DNA from: the human T2T-CHM13v2.0 reference genome, Homo sapiens
Strand: one strand, 5' to 3'
Length of the DNA stretch: 64,000 nucleotides
Assembly: GCF_009914755.1 (NCBI RefSeq)
Contig: NC_060933.1
The position numbers and the translations under genes are program-made. How positions within the stretch are numbered: the stretch's first letter is position 1; each line of letters begins with the position of its first letter. Shown here piece by piece: positions 13,278 to 27,272 of the stretch. Below the pieces are notes generated by a model. The model was given only the letters and a program-made list of their open reading frames with translations. It was not told where the DNA came from and made no database searches.

Positions 13278-15368
13278 GTGAGGACATTTTCTCATTCCCT
13301 CCCTGCGCCGGGGTGTCCGCTGCTCGGGGTCACAGCGGGGTGTGTAGGGTGTGAACAGGTCCGTGGGCCCCTGCACCTGCGCGCACTGGGTCACTTCGAG
13401 CAACCACCTGGTCTCGTGGAGTCCACGCACCACTTGTCCCCAGGACTTGTGAAGAATCCCCTTGGGTAGGGGATGTTCTGGACTGTGATGGAGGGGGCGG
13501 GATAGGTGCTGATCAAAGCCGGTCCTGCACCCAAGCTCTGGGCATCTCAGTGCTGGTCAGTTTCACCTGGGATGAAAAGCAGCTCAGAGCTATCGAGGCG
13601 GAGGCGGAGTCCCCTTTGAGGGGTGGAGGAGAGGATGTAAATGGCCCATTCCGTGTAAAAGATGGGCGCGGCAGTGGTAGGGAATAGTTAACACGTGGTC
13701 GTACCTCTCTGCGTCTGTTATGCAACCGTTTGGAGTAAGTTTACAGAAGCTGTTGAAACATGGAATACTGTTTATGAAACTTTATCAAGGGAATGAAATA
13801 AAACAGCACTGTGCTGAAATTCCAGCTGAGTAAAACCCAACTATGTTAGGTAATGAGATCACGGGTGAGTTCAAAAAGTTACTGTTGATAATGCCCTCAA
13901 GCGTGGGACTGTAGCGAGGACGTTCTAGATGCCCCTCCTGGTTGGCGCGTTTGGTGGGGGCCCTGCCCCATACTGGGGTGTCCTTGTCCCATAGGGGGCC
14001 ATGGCCTGGCTGGGAGGCCTCCAGTTCTCCCTGGGGTCTCAGAGCCACTAAGGTCTTGACGCCCCACCCCGCCGCCAGCAGGCAGGATGCCCTGTGATCA
14101 GCTGGGCAGGGAGTCCTGCCGCTGCATGTGGTGGGCACGACCGGAGAGCAGGGAGGAGCCAGCACCAAGGCCCACCCTGCCATGTTGTCCAAGTGCCCAC
14201 AGGAGGAGGTGTGCGTCCTGCACCACGGCCAGTCATGAGGCTGGGGGCAGCTGTTTGTTCTGCCGCCAGGACTCAGTTCCTGAGGGCTGAGCTCAGGATA
14301 CACCTTGGGTCTCCCAGAAGCCCCCTGACCTTGCAGTTCCCAGAATGTGCAGTCACGGTGACCCGCCACCCTACTGTAGAGCTGGGGACATTCTCTTGGA
14401 ACCTTGACGGATGGCACTTAGCAGGCCTTTATACCCCTGGAATCTATTTGAAGCCCGTGGCCAGGGCAGACGGGATGTGTCCCATCTCTGGGGTGGAATT
14501 CCCAGGGTCCAGGGCTTCACCCCTTCCTGGCCTATGGAAGCGTCTGGATGGCTCTTGTGGGGCTCTATGCCCTTGCTCCAGGCCCAACCCAGGGGTGGGA
14601 CCTGCCGGTGCCTACAGACACATCCTTTTCTCGGACCCCCTTTCCAGTGCTCTCTGGGGGTCCAGGGAAGACAGAGCTTGTCTGAGGCAGAAGGGTCATG
14701 GGCTGCAGGGCAAAGGGGTGCAGAGGCATGAAAGGAGACTCTGAGGCCAGGATCCCCCTGCTCAGCATTGTGGAAAACCTCAGAGCCAGGCCTGGGCTCA
14801 GGGACCAGAGCAGCTGTGGGGGAGAGTGACTGCCGTCCGCCTGGGCGGACTCACCCAGAAGCAGGGGGCTGCGGGCCTGTTCTGCTCTGCCCAAGGGTGT
14901 TTGCCAGAAGGTGAACAACAGCAGAGGCTACATCCAAGGTCCCAGCCCCAAGCTACACTTGTTATTGAGAGGTGGGACATCCGGTTGCATTTCCCCAGAC
15001 TTGGCCCCCAGGTAGACTTGAGGTTGGCCTTGGGCTTCTTTTGTGCTGTCCCCATTGCTTCAGTGAAAGGGGGTCCTTGCTCGGGGAGGAAGATGGGATC
15101 TCAGGGTGGGCAGGTGCCCCTGGCTCTGCAGGATCCCAGTTCGGTTTCCCCTCCCCGCTCTGGGAGGGCCGGACTGAAACCTTTGAATGAGCTTCGTGTT
15201 GGCTCATGTTCCCGAGTAAGCTGGCTCTGTGAGTGTAGACGTGGTGTCTGGGCTCCAGGAGGGGGTTGGGAGTGTGGGGTGGGCACAGGTTTTCCACTGC
15301 CAGGCACCCGGGAAGGCAGCAGTGGGCAAGGGTGGGCCAAGGAGAGGGCCGAGAGTCGAGGTGGCCCC

Positions 15369-15488
15369 ACAGGAACATCATGGCTCTGGAAAGTCCAGTT
15401 CACCTTTGTTGGGAAAAGCAGCAGCCGTACAGGAACATCATGGCTCTGGAAAGTCCAGTTCACCTTTGTTGGGAAAAGCAGCAGCCGT
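15369..15488. repeat. Perfect 60-bp tandem duplication
   Basis: acaggaacatcatggctctggaaagtccagttcacctttgttgggaaaagcagcagccgt x2. Confidence 0.98.
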
Positions 15489-16078
15489 CTGGGTGCAGTT
15501 AGGAAGGATTCCCTCCCCCGGGCCCCAGCCTGCTCCAAGTGTCCTGGGGCCTTTGGCCAGGCCCCCTGCAGAGATCACATAAACAGTTGGAATTTCTCAA
15601 CCTGGAACGTTGCCAGATATCCTTGGGTCCAAGCTGCACATAAACAGATGGCCAGGTCCTGGGGCCCTGCGGGCGTCCCGGCCTGTGGAAGGGGGTGTCT
15701 GTTGTCTGCCCCACCTGAGCTCCCTCTTGGGAGATGCATCTGTTCCAGGGGCATGCCCAGGTCTTTCCCACTCAGTCCCGCTCCCTCTCATTGTCAGCCA
15801 GACCAGAGGCTCCCTAAAAGGACAGGAATCCACGGAACCGAGAGGAGACAGGTTCATCCTTATCCTTGTGCTTCCAGGCAGGAAGCCCCCAGACTCAGTG
15901 GCTGATTTTACCTGGGCCACATCCATTAGGGGCATCCAAATCACCATCTCCACTTGACACTGTTTTTTGTTTTTAAAATATGTGCTGTTTACCAGATGGG
16001 TGGACCCTCCATTGAGATTGTCTTGAGTTCTGCCAGGTCTGAGGTCTTTTATTTCTTTTGTTAAAATTGTATGCATTC

Positions 16079-16560
<482 letters not shown>

Positions 16561-17065
16561 GAGGCGTTTTCCTCTCGTTCCTCTTTCGCTGGGTCAATTT
16601 TGAGAGTGGCGTCCGTGGTTGGGTGGGCCGGGGCGGGAGCGGGGCCACAGCTTGCCTGGGAAGGTTCAGGCATCCCCACCCTCAGGCGCATTCATCCAGC
16701 TGTTCCCAGCTTCCTTCAGACGCTGACCTGGGATGATCTGGTGTTGGCTTCCCTGCAAGGTCCCCGCCCGCGTTGCCCCAGTTCCCTGAGAAAAGCAATT
16801 TGCGTGTCTGGGAAGGCAGCTGCTGTCCCTGGCCCCTTGATGGCCAGTGGTTTCTCCCTTAATCCCAGCTCAGCCCTGGGCTTTCTCAGCTGCCTTTGTC
16901 AGAGACGGAAATTGGAAAACTGGCATCTTGGAGGCTGCTTGGATGAGCTCTCTGTGTACAGCACACACACGGGTGTCTCTCTGAGTGTGCATCTGTGTAA
17001 ACACAGTGCAGAGCTCCCCAGCTGGGGCAGGATGGGAGGGGTGGGGAGATCGGTGTTCCCCCCAA

Positions 17066-17327
17066 CCGGGAGTCCCCTCATCAGCCTGGTACCCAGCACC
17101 TCTGGTGACAGCCTCTGGTGGCCTGTGGCCTGGCTGGACATCTGCGGCCCCCCCAGCCGGGAGTCCCCTTGCCAGCCTGGCACCTAGCACCTCTGGTGAC
17201 AGCCTCCGGTGGCCTGTGAACTGGCTGGACATCTGCAGCCCCCTGGCCGGGAGTCCCCTCACCAGCCTGGTACCCAGCACCTCTGGCAGCAGCCTCCGGT
17301 GGCCTGTGGCCTGTGGCCTGGCTGGAC
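17066..17327. repeat. ~90-bp tandem repeat x3
   Basis: ccgggagtcccct anchors at 17066, 17157, 17247. Confidence 0.95.
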
Positions 17328-17349
17328 ACAACCTTTGACTTGTCAGAAG

Positions 17350-18690
17350 TGAGCTTAGTTCATTGTGAGCTGCTGTTACAGCACACCACAGTCAGGGTGA
17401 TTTAGAATGAACAGGACTTCATTGGCCCACAGTTCTGGAGGTCAGGAAGTCACATATAGAGGGACCACATCTGGCGAGGGCCTTCTTGCTGTGTCCTCAC
17501 ATAGCGGAAGGCATCGCATGGTGAGAAGGAGCGGGAGAGAAGGTGACTGCTGCCATCCTGTCATCAAGAGCCCACTCCCACCCTAACGAGCCCGCTCCCA
17601 TCGTAGCTGCATTCACCCATCCAGGAAGGCAGAGCCTGGTGACCTAATCACCTCCTGAAGATCCCACCTCTCAACACGGTTGCATTGAGGATTCAGTTTC
17701 CAACACATGACTTTTGGGGAGACACATTCAAACCCTAGCACATTCTGTCCCAGCCCCCAAATTCATGTCCTTCTCACATACAGTTTACATTCACTCCATC
17801 CGGTACCCACATCATCTCAAAAGTTCGAAGTCCAGAGTCTCACCCAAATCAGGTACTGATGAGACTTAGGCTCAAATTATCTATCTTGAAGCAAATCCCT
17901 GTCCAGCTGTGAGCTTGGGGAATGAAACAAGCCTCATGCTTCCAAACTACATGGTGATGGGGAGGGGGACAGGTTCCCATTCCAAAAGAGAAGCATGAAG
18001 AAAGGGGTAGCAGCCCCGAGGAAGTTCAAAACCCCACAGGACGAACCTTTCTAGAATAATCTTTCACTTGGTGTGCCACCTCCTGGGCACACTGGAGGGA
18101 GGCGGCCCCAGGGCCTCAGGCAGCACTGCTCATACAGCTTTGCACAGCAGGTCTCAGGAGTTGGAGCCTCGTCCTTGCTGCCCTCCCAGGCTGGCGCTGT
18201 ATGCTGGTGACGCTACAGTCCTGGGGTCTCAATGGTGCCTCCACTTCCATAGATCCACCAGGCGTCATCCCAGGGAACTCTCTGCAGAGCCTCTGCCCCT
18301 GTGGCTGGTTTCTGCACGGGACCCCAGGCTGTCCATGCCACACTTTGACCTCTACGTGGAGGGCGCCATGGCCGCAGTTCCTGCCTTCCTTCCCTGCAGC
18401 TGCAGGATAATCAGTACCCATGGGTGTCGCCGAGGCCACACCCACACCCTCCAGAGCTGAGCCAGAGCTGCCCCTGGGCCTGCTGGAGCCTTGGCTGGGC
18501 GGCTGACGGGTGCTGTGTCGCAACGTGGGGAGCAGACACTTGAGGGGTGCAGGGCAGGGAATGCTGAGTTCCTGGGTACCTCTTTGAAAATGTGGTCCCC
18601 CAGGTCCTAGCTTGCCTCAAAGATCTCTGGCTGCCTCGGGGTCATTCTCCATTGTCTTGTTGAGTAGCACCTGGTTCCCATCTGTCAGAG
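17350..18690. mobile_element. MaLR element: MST-like LTR (~17350-17740) plus adjoining internal sequence
   Basis: cacagttctggagg...gacctaatcacctcc...gacacattcaaaccctagca LTR motifs, then ccccaaattcatgtccttctcacat and cccattccaaaagagaag typical of MaLR-int. Confidence 0.8.
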
Positions 18691-19623
18691 CAAGTCCCTT
18701 GAGGAACAGTCGCCCTGAAGTCGTCATGGAACACGGAGGACTCTTGGGGCATTGGGGGTGCCTGACCCTGGCGTTGCCAGGTCAGAAGTGGAGAGAGGAA
18801 TCCCGCCCTGGGGAAGGGGTCGGAAGTGGGGGTCTCAGGGCAGGGAGCCCCGTCCTGCAGGGAGCCGCTCCCACTGCTGCCTTCACAGCTGTCCACATTG
18901 CCTTTCCCAGGGCTCAGGCTGACCCAAGAGCCAGGAGGCCCTGTCCCCATTGGGGTTAGAGTGAGGCCTGGGTGTGCTTGAGGCAGATGGGCCCTGTGGT
19001 GAGGTGAGGGCCAGAGGAGGAGGGCTGAGTGGGCAGGTGGACATGGCAGGGTTTCCCATGGGTTCTGGGCTGCTGCGTGCATGGGAGGATGCACCTCTTA
19101 CCTGGAGGGAGGCGGGGTCTGGAGGTTGCAGCCCTGGGGCCTGACGGTGGTCCTGGCTGGGGACAGAAGTTCAGCCTGGAGCTGGGGCACCTATTTTTCC
19201 CTTATCCTTCCCAAATCCACCCGAGTCCCCTTGTCCTGGCATCCACCTCCTCCCTCGAGTGGCTTTGGCCTGGCGGACCTGCCTGGCACTCCCCTTTGGG
19301 GTGATGCAGGGAGCCTGGTGGTCTCGGCTCCTTTTCCTCATCTCGGCGTCTTCAGGTGCTTCTCGTGGCGCTGGTCTTGCGGGAGCCTGTGTCTGTCACT
19401 GGCCGCTGGCCCGGGTTGCTCTTCTGCCAGCGAGTGCCAGGAGGACAGCCACTGAGGCCCCACCACAGGCCCCCTTTGCAGTCTGTGCTCGTGACTCCCC
19501 AGGACAGCAGGAGCTGAGCCAGGGCCTCTTGTGCATGCAGCTGAAGGCCGTCCACACCACTGGGGTCTGGGGTGTCGGGAGGGATGGGCTGCGGTCTCAG
19601 ACGCCCTCTCTCTGTCTCCCCAG

Positions 19624-19665
19624 GGCATGCTCATCGAGGGCCCGCCTGGCCCAGAAGGCCCCGCG
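19624..19665 (+). CDS. COL5A1: Exon 10 (42 nt)
   Basis: ctccccag|GGC...GCG|gtgagt; GMLIEGPPGPEGPA. Confidence 0.98.
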
Positions 19666-19895
19666 GTGAGTATCCGGCTTTATCCTGTGACTTGCAGAAG
19701 GTGCTCTTGGTGGGGTGGGGTTGGTGACACCCCTTATGTCTCCTGGATGGAAAAGAGGGGGGCTCTCCGCTTTTGCAGATCCCCTGGGAGCCGGCGCTAT
19801 CCCACCCCCACCTCTGCCTTGGTTGGCCAGTTGGAACTTGGACCTTGCCCTGCGGCCCCATCTTCTAACTGCCCCAACTTTATTTTTAATTCTAG

Positions 19896-19958
19896 GGTCT
19901 TCCCGGACCTCCAGGAACCATGGGTCCCACTGGCCAAGTCGGGGACCCTGGAGAAAGG
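19896..19958 (+). CDS. COL5A1: Exon 11 (63 nt)
   Basis: aattctag|GGT...AGG|gtaaga; [21 protein letters not shown]; branch-point-like TTCTAAC at 19863-19869. Confidence 0.98.
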
Positions 19959-21325
19959 GTAAGAGGTTGACTGTGTTTCCTGAGATCACACAAGGTGTGG
20001 GGCTGCCCACGCCTCCTCTCCACACTGTGACCCGAGCTGTCCCTGCCTGTGGAGGTGACCCAGAGGCTTGTGTCTTCAAATCCCCCCTCACCCAGGCACT
20101 CCTCACACCAGCCCCGTTCAGATGTTTCTGGGGCTGAACTGTGGCTATGGGGAGAGTGGGGCCCCTCGGGGCCCAGGGAGCCTGCCAGTGCTCAGCCCAG
20201 ACGGTGGCCTCAGGACCCTGCAGTTGCCCAGCAAACGGCCGCAGCAGCAGTAACCACAGCAGATGGCTCCGGGGCCTTTCCCACTCCTCGCCCCTGGGCA
20301 GCCACACCACGTGGAATTGGCCACCCCCCTTGCTGGGTTTGGGAACTTCCTTGGTCTGGGTTGCACCTGGCTCACAGGCTCAGAGGCATCCTCGGGTGTC
20401 CCTCGCCGCGGGAGGAGATGGAGGGAGAGCTGCTCCCTGGCTGCCGCGATTTCCTTCTGACACCTGGTGGGCGCTCCAAGTACTGCGGCCTCCTGGTGTC
20501 CGGCGGGGCGGGAGTTTTCTCTTCCTGCTGTTGGAATGAATGTGGATTTGAGTGCAGAAGGACTAAGAACTGATTCCTGGACAGCTGGCTTGTGGGTGGG
20601 AGAAACAAGGGCTGCGTGCGGGTGTTCGCGGGTGTTCACGCCAGGGCCCTGCCTGCTGTCCGGGGCAGAGTGAGGACCCTGTGGGTGTTGTGGTGGGTGG
20701 ATGCAGGGCAGGGTCTGGTCGTGTGAGAAGGTGGTTCGTGATGTCAGAGCGCAGTGGCTAGGGATGCTTCCCAGGTTACTGCACGGGGAGGCGTTTGGGG
20801 AGTGTCTTGTGCAGTGCCTGGTGGCTTTGCAGCAGTGCTCAGGAAAGGCGGGCCAGGGCGCAGGACAGTAAGTCCTGGCCTTGGACCTGGAGGTTCTTAC
20901 AGGTGCTCAGTACCCCTGGAAAGCTGGGGAGGGGCAGGACAGGTGAGGTCAGGCAGCAGGATGCAGGGGCAGGCGGCGGCAGCCTTCTTGGGAGCAAGAG
21001 CCGAGCCAGTGGGGATGCTTGCTTGGGGAGGAGATGGGAGCACTGAGGCCGGCCTTTGGAGGAGAAGGATTCAGGTCAGCTATGCGGGAGGAGGTTGTTA
21101 TCGTTCTGTGTGGCTGGGTGACCTCTGAGGGCAGTACGCATCAGATTGGGCCACACAGTAAGATTCTCTGCCACGTTGCTTTTCACGGTCAGGGATTTGG
21201 AGGTCCAGAAGAGGCGGGTCTTGCTCCATGGCAAGGGCCGTGGCGGGAAACAGAGTGGGGTGGGGGCTTGGCTGGCCTCTGGAGCACAAAGCTTTCACAG
21301 CATCCCCGGCCTGGCAGCCACATTT

Positions 21326-21439
21326 CCAAAACTCCAGACAGGCAACAGCGAGTGGCCGCTGCTCTTGCCCAGCCAGCACCGGCCAAAACTCCAGACAGGC
21401 AACAGCGAGTGGCCGCTGCTCTTACCCAGCCAGGACCGG
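21326..21439. repeat. 57-bp tandem duplication (2 mismatches)
   Basis: ccaaaactccagacaggcaacagcgagtggccgctgctctt... at 21326 and 21383. Confidence 0.95.
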
Positions 21440-22349
21440 CATGGCTGGAGCTCTGTGCTGGGGGCTGCAGCCACCCCAGCTCGCTCTGGAGACCCCTTCC
21501 CCCAGATTCGCGTGAGATGGGGCAACGGCCAAGCTCCTCCTCCGCAGAGCTGCCTGCGGATGGGTCCACAGGTGTGGCTGGGTTCGTATGCAAAGGAGAG
21601 TGCATTGCATGGCACTGGGAGCTGTTTTCTCTCCCAGATGTAGGACAGGGTGGTACCCACAGGGCACAAATGCCGGTTGACACACAGGGCACCCAGATGC
21701 TGACTGACACTGCCTCAGTGGTGTTCCACGGCTCCGTCCTCCTTCTATCCATCCAGCGTACAGATTTGTACTGAGTGCCTGCAGGGCTGGGCACTGCTCT
21801 AGCCTGGGGATCTCAATGGTGTGAACCAGAGGGGTGCTGGTTCACACCTCACCATGCGGTCCCTGCCTTTGGGCTGATCCTGGCTTGGGAGTCACTGGTG
21901 GGTGGCCCTGCCAGTGCCTTGTGACACCGTGACCTACCCAGCTGCCGTGGAGGAGCCAAGGGCCCTGACTGGAGAATATCGTTGGTTTAGGAGCTGGTCC
22001 TCCTCAAACTCACATCAGGGTCCAGGAGCATGAGGACTGAGGTTGGGGTTGGCAGAGGAGCCAACTCCTCCAGGGTCTGCCATCCGTGGAGTCAGAGGAG
22101 AGACCTGGAGCCCACCGGCCTCCCCAGGGCCCTTCCAGTGAGAGGGGTGCTGGTTCCAGGAGCTGAGAGCTGACCACCCCTCTGGGTCCAGCTCCGGCCA
22201 GCCTTGTTCAGGAAGCCATCCCTGCTCACCGCTCAGCGCCCTCTTGATGTCCAGATCTTGCTCGATGCCCGCTAATCAGCTGTGAAAGATCACTGGCTAT
22301 GGGGTGAGGCCCTGCAGTGCAGCCTGCGGTGGGCCGGGCTCAGGTGCCT

Positions 22350-22900
22350 GTGCGGCGGAGAAACAACATTGTCTCTGCCCTCGGAGGTTGAGCATCTGGG
22401 GCCTCCAAAAGACAGATTAACAAGAGAAGAGGCATACGATTTTAACACTTTTAATCTTCTATGCACGGGGGCTTCGCAGACAAGAAGTAAAAACCAAAAA
22501 AAGTGCTTGGGTTCGGGAGCATATATACCATTTTAACAAGCAGCAATAGGATGTGGAGAAGTGGCTAGACCAAGGAAAAGGGGGTTTGGGCTTCGCGGGG
22601 TGACAGATGGTGGGCAAGTGACTAGGAACTCCATGGAGGAACGAATGGAAGATTAAGGTTATCTTGGCAAAGTCTGTTGATGCAGATTCACTGGGGGCTG
22701 GCCTCCCTCTCAGGTGATAAGGGGCGCTCTCCAAATCCTGGTACAGAAGCAGAGGCAGGAGGGTGGGGTGGGAGGAGGGGGTAATGCCCTGCTTTTAGGC
22801 AGAAGAGGGGAGGTAAGAGAACTCTTCTTGCGTCCGTCGATTCTTACTTGGCTTCAGCAGAAAATAGTCGTTCTGCAGGGGAGTGGCGTGCTCTGTCCCC
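22350..22900. mobile_element. Solo ERV1-type LTR (MER31/MER67-like; family uncertain)
   Basis: aaaagacagattaacaagagaag, gtctgttgatgcagattc and cctgcttttaggcaga motifs; AT shift relative to flanks. Confidence 0.55.
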
Positions 22901-23030
22901 TCCGTCTGCTTGGCCTCCTGTGCCTCTGTCTGGGAGGGCCTTTTCCCTGGGGTCTGGAAGAGCCCTCTTCTCCCTGCCACTCCCAACCTCCCGCCTTGGG
23001 CTTCCCCAGCCCTTCCTCCCTTCCCCAAGG

Positions 23031-23498
23031 GCCGTCTGGCCGTGACCGGTTTGTGCCTTTTCTTCCTCACTGGATGGTGAGTTCCTCAAGACAGGCCTCA
23101 CTTCTGTGCCCTTCCTCACACCCTGCTCCCTGTGGGCAGCCGTGGGCAGCCGTGGCAATTGGCTGGGAGCCGTCTGTGCACCTGTGCCGTGGCATCCCAC
23201 TGGGTATCATGCAGCCCTGACCAGCTGCTGAAGCCCACACCCTGTGCCTCCACTGGCTGGCCCTGGGTGTTGCTTCCTTCACACACTCTGGTGAGCCCTG
23301 CACACTCTCCCGCTGCTCCCCTTGGATGACCTTCCATGCTGCATCTGCCTTCTAGCACCTCAAATCCTTTCTTGCTCTTGTGCCCACGGCTGCCCGCAGG
23401 GAGCAGAGTGCAAGGAGAGGCACAGAAGTGGGGCCTGCCTTAAGAAACTCACCGTCCAGTGAGGAAGAAAAGGCACAGACCAGGCACGGTTAGACAGC
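23031..23498. repeat. Inverted repeat: arms 23031-23148 and 23381-23498, 232-nt spacer
   Basis: Manual ungapped alignment to the reverse complement gives 101/118 identical; weaker gapped similarity continues to ~22960 and ~23587. Confidence 0.95.
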
Positions 23499-25407
23499 AA
23501 GAATTAATTAGTAAAGGCATTGGAGGAAGAGCTGGGAATCCCGAGATGGGAGGTCTGGAGCGGCTGTGTCCGGGTGGAGAAGGGGCTCGAACCATCATCC
23601 CATCCAGTTTCCCTCAGGTGACTGGTGAGCAGGTGCACAGCTGGGGCAATGTGCCCGCAGGGAGATAGAGGTAGACCTGGGGTTGAACTCAGATCTCCTG
23701 TGGCAGAAGGAAGGTGGCCACTCTTACTTTGAGGTTCAGAGGAAACCCAAGAGAGCTGGGAGTCCCCAAGTGAGCTGCAGGCCAGGTGGCCGTTACTCAG
23801 CCCCTCTCTGGCCTGGGTTTCTTGTGGGTCTGGCTTCTGTGCCACCTGCCAGTGCGTTTCTGTAGGGGCTGACTCTTTTGCGCATCCGGGAATATAGTGA
23901 GATATCAGTGGGTCTGAAATCATGAGGCTGTGCATTTGTGAAGGTTCCCTATGATGCCATGGTGGCAGTGCCGTGCCCCTGTGGGTCGCTGAGCAGTGTT
24001 TGCCCAGCGAAGCCCTTCCCTGGGCTCCTCGGGCAGGTGGGGGAAGGAGAGGGCTGGGGACCATCAGTAAAGATTCAGGCCCCAGTGAGTCCCGCCTTCC
24101 ATGGACTTCCAGGGCCCACACCTGCTAGCCTCGATAGAAACACCCGGAAGGCAGGCGCCACCTCTGTGCTGCTTGTGAGCGCCCCCTACATCCATTCGCG
24201 TGTGTGCCCCAGAGCTGGTGTCCACGGATATTTGTGCCTAAGAAATGTTCCCTGTGATCAGAGCGTCTTTGAGGCGAGTCCCTTCCTTTCCCTTCCCCGT
24301 GTGCCTCTCCAAAAGCCTTGCACCCCAGGCACTCCTGTGTTTTAAGGCAGCTCCTGAATACCGTCCAGTGTTACTGTGGATTTGATTGCATTTTTCAGGA
24401 TGCTGTGGCCAAACTCCTCCTGAATCTCCGCAGTCCACTGGAGAGTTTAACGTTTTCATCTAGAAATAAGCTTGCTTACCGTCTAATTGACTCCCGAGAG
24501 CGCCAGCTGGTGTTGACCAGCCACTCATCTATTGCTCTTAAGAGAGACTTCACACAGATCTTTCCACCTACAGCATATTTATTACTTTTGGGTAAAGTAG
24601 CGATCTGCTTCTGGGTCTGTGGGCAGGTCCCACCTGCTGGGGGGCCTGGATCCTCCTCTGGGAAGCCCCAGGGATTCAGTATGCAGGTTTCTTTCCCAGC
24701 CGCCTCAGGGTCAGAGTGGAGGCAGTTTCCCAAGCTTTCTCCAAATTGCCACACAGGGGCACCTCGCTCCCTGCACAGTGGGATGCATTTGATGCCTTGG
24801 GAGGAGGCCCCCACCCTTCAATGACCCCATTATGTGCAGAAGCAGCCTGGCAATAATGATGCTGCCCGGCGCTGTCTTATCAGCCCCTCCTGTCACTCAG
24901 CAGGGGCTCAAACCTTCTCCCCCTCTTTTTTATGTGTCCAGGATTAGCCTTCCCCATGGGATTTTGCGTGAGTGCATTTTCTGTGCCTTGAAAAGTTTCG
25001 TATGTAAGCCATGCCCTGAAAAACAGCAGTCACTACCTCCCAGCCAGAAAGTGTGGCTCACCTCTACCTAACAGGTTCTGGTGTGGTCTCCCCAGGACCA
25101 GCCTTGGGGTGATGCCCTGCTATGCCATCCCCTCCCCATGGCCTGCTGGTGCTACACCCAGGGTGGGAGAGGACACAGGCTAGATCACTGGCAACTTGAC
25201 AGAGTGAGCAAGTCCACTCACGAGCACGCAGCTGCTGTCTGACTCCGAAGGAGTTAGCTTCGAGAAAAGCTGTGGGGAAGAAGCAAGCAGCATGGGATTC
25301 ATTTGCTTTCCTGGCTCCCAGGCTCCTGTGGATGGGACACGCCAATCCAGTCTCTCCTTGTCTTTAGAAGTGTTCAGGACATCTTGGCAGAGCTGCTCAG
25401 AGAGGTT

Positions 25408-26101
25408 CACACACACACTCAAGCACACACGCTTGCACACTCACCCACACATGCACTCACATTCACATGCACTCATGCACACACACTCATGCCTACGTGC
25501 ACGCACTCATGCATACATGCCCACACATGCATACATGCACACACTCAACCGTATATGCACACATGTACACACCCACACACGCACACACTCATGTGTACAC
25601 GCACACACTCACCTATACATACACGTATGCATGCACAGTCACCCACACCTGCACACACTCATGCACACCCCCATACATGCACACTCACACCCACACATGC
25701 ACACACATCCACATATACATGCATGCACACACACTTACACATGCACACTCACCCACACCTGCACACACACTCATGCACACACTCACCCAGACATGCACAC
25801 AGGTACGCTCACACACATGCACACACATTCACACATGCATGCACACACCCATACATGCTCTCACACAGTTACACACACATGCACTCACACACCTGCACAC
25901 ACATTCATGCACATGCTCACTCATACATGCACACACATACACCCACACATGTACACACATTCGCACACTCATGCATGCATGCACACTCATCCATACACAT
26001 GCACACACATTTACACACATGCACTCACACACCTGCACACACACTCATGCACATATGCACACACCCAGGCGTGCACGTGCACACACATCTACATGCACGC
26101 G
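25408..26101. repeat. CA-rich low-complexity tract, intron 11
   Basis: Degenerate (CA)n with CATGCA/CACTCA interruptions. Confidence 0.97.
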
Positions 26102-26849
26102 TGCGCTGTCTGGGTTCACCTCCACACGGCCCTTCCATGGAGGCTGGTCTGCAGGCTTGTGTGCCCGAATCCCCAGCAGCCTGGTCGTGAATGACTTCTG
26201 GCCATTTCGAGTCACATTTATCTTCAAAGCTTAGTCCCCTGAGGCCACTGATAGGAATCTGTCCAAGCCTCAGGTGCCATACCAGGAGATCAGTGGGAAC
26301 TGTGGGTTTCTCTGCTGTAGCCCTGGAGGCAGTGTGTGTCTCCCAAAGCGAGCTCAGTGTTGAAGATTCATTGGAGGGTATACATTATCATATGGAAAAG
26401 AAAATCAAGTACAGTTTGTGGAGAGAGAGGTGAAGGGAGCAAAGGCCTCGGGACATTTCTAGAGTGAAGGGACAGCTGGCAGGAGCTGCATGAATGGCGC
26501 CAAGTGCACTATGCTGTAGGACCCCATGCAGGGTCTGCCAGGGTGTTCATCACGGTCAGTTAGTGGCAATGGCTGGGTGAGTCCAGGAGTCTTTCTCACG
26601 TGGGCCCCTTAAGGCCGCAGGTCTTACCCAGAGCCCCGATTATTGGTGGCCTATGGATAAAGAGCCCCTCCTGTGGATTTTCTGGTTGTTAGTTCTGGTT
26701 GAGGGGTGCGGTCTGAGGCATCAGGCTTCTTGATAGGGCCCCGCTTCCAGTCTTTTAGATGGGCCCTAGGGCTCCTGGAAGAGTGTCTGTCTAGCTCTTG
26801 GAAGGGGCTCAGTAGGAACCCTCTCAATGAACGAACGAATGGTGGGTTC

Positions 26850-27272
26850 ATTTCTTTGGGATCCTCGGACAATTGATGACCAACTTGGGGTTTAAAGCAA
26901 CAGGAATGTCTTCTCTCTTAGTTCTGGAGGCCAGAAATCTGAAATCAAGGTGTAGGCAGGGCCGCACCCCCTCTGGAGGCTCCAGGTGAGGGTCTTCCTC
27001 ACCTCTTCTGGCTCCTGGTGGCCACTGGCCGTCCTCTGCCCTTGTAGCTTGCCGGCGCATCTCTGCAGTCTCTGCCTCTGTCTTCACCCAGCCCTCCCCT
27101 GTGTCTCTGTCACTGCCTCCCCTCCTCTTCCCTTACAAGGACTCATCATTGGATTTAGGACCCAAGATCTCATCTCAAGATCCTCACTCCCATCCTCAAA
27201 GACCCCAAGTAAGGGCACAGTCACGTGTTTCAGGACCTGGATGTACCTTTGATGAGAGACCCTTCAGCCCAC
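26850..27272. mobile_element. MLT1 (B/C-like) MaLR solo LTR
   Basis: agttctggaggccagaaatctgaaatcaaggtg...tctctgcctctgtcttcac...cattggatttaggaccc. Confidence 0.85.

Noticed and set aside
16600-16660. GC-box cluster (also ~20500) as an internal promoter
   Set aside because: Too short, no CpG island and no downstream first-exon evidence.
26200-26840. Possible additional old LTR or L1 fragments (also 13660-13900, 24340-24620, 11080-11170)
   Set aside because: Composition is suggestive but I could not assign a family by eye; needs RepeatMasker.
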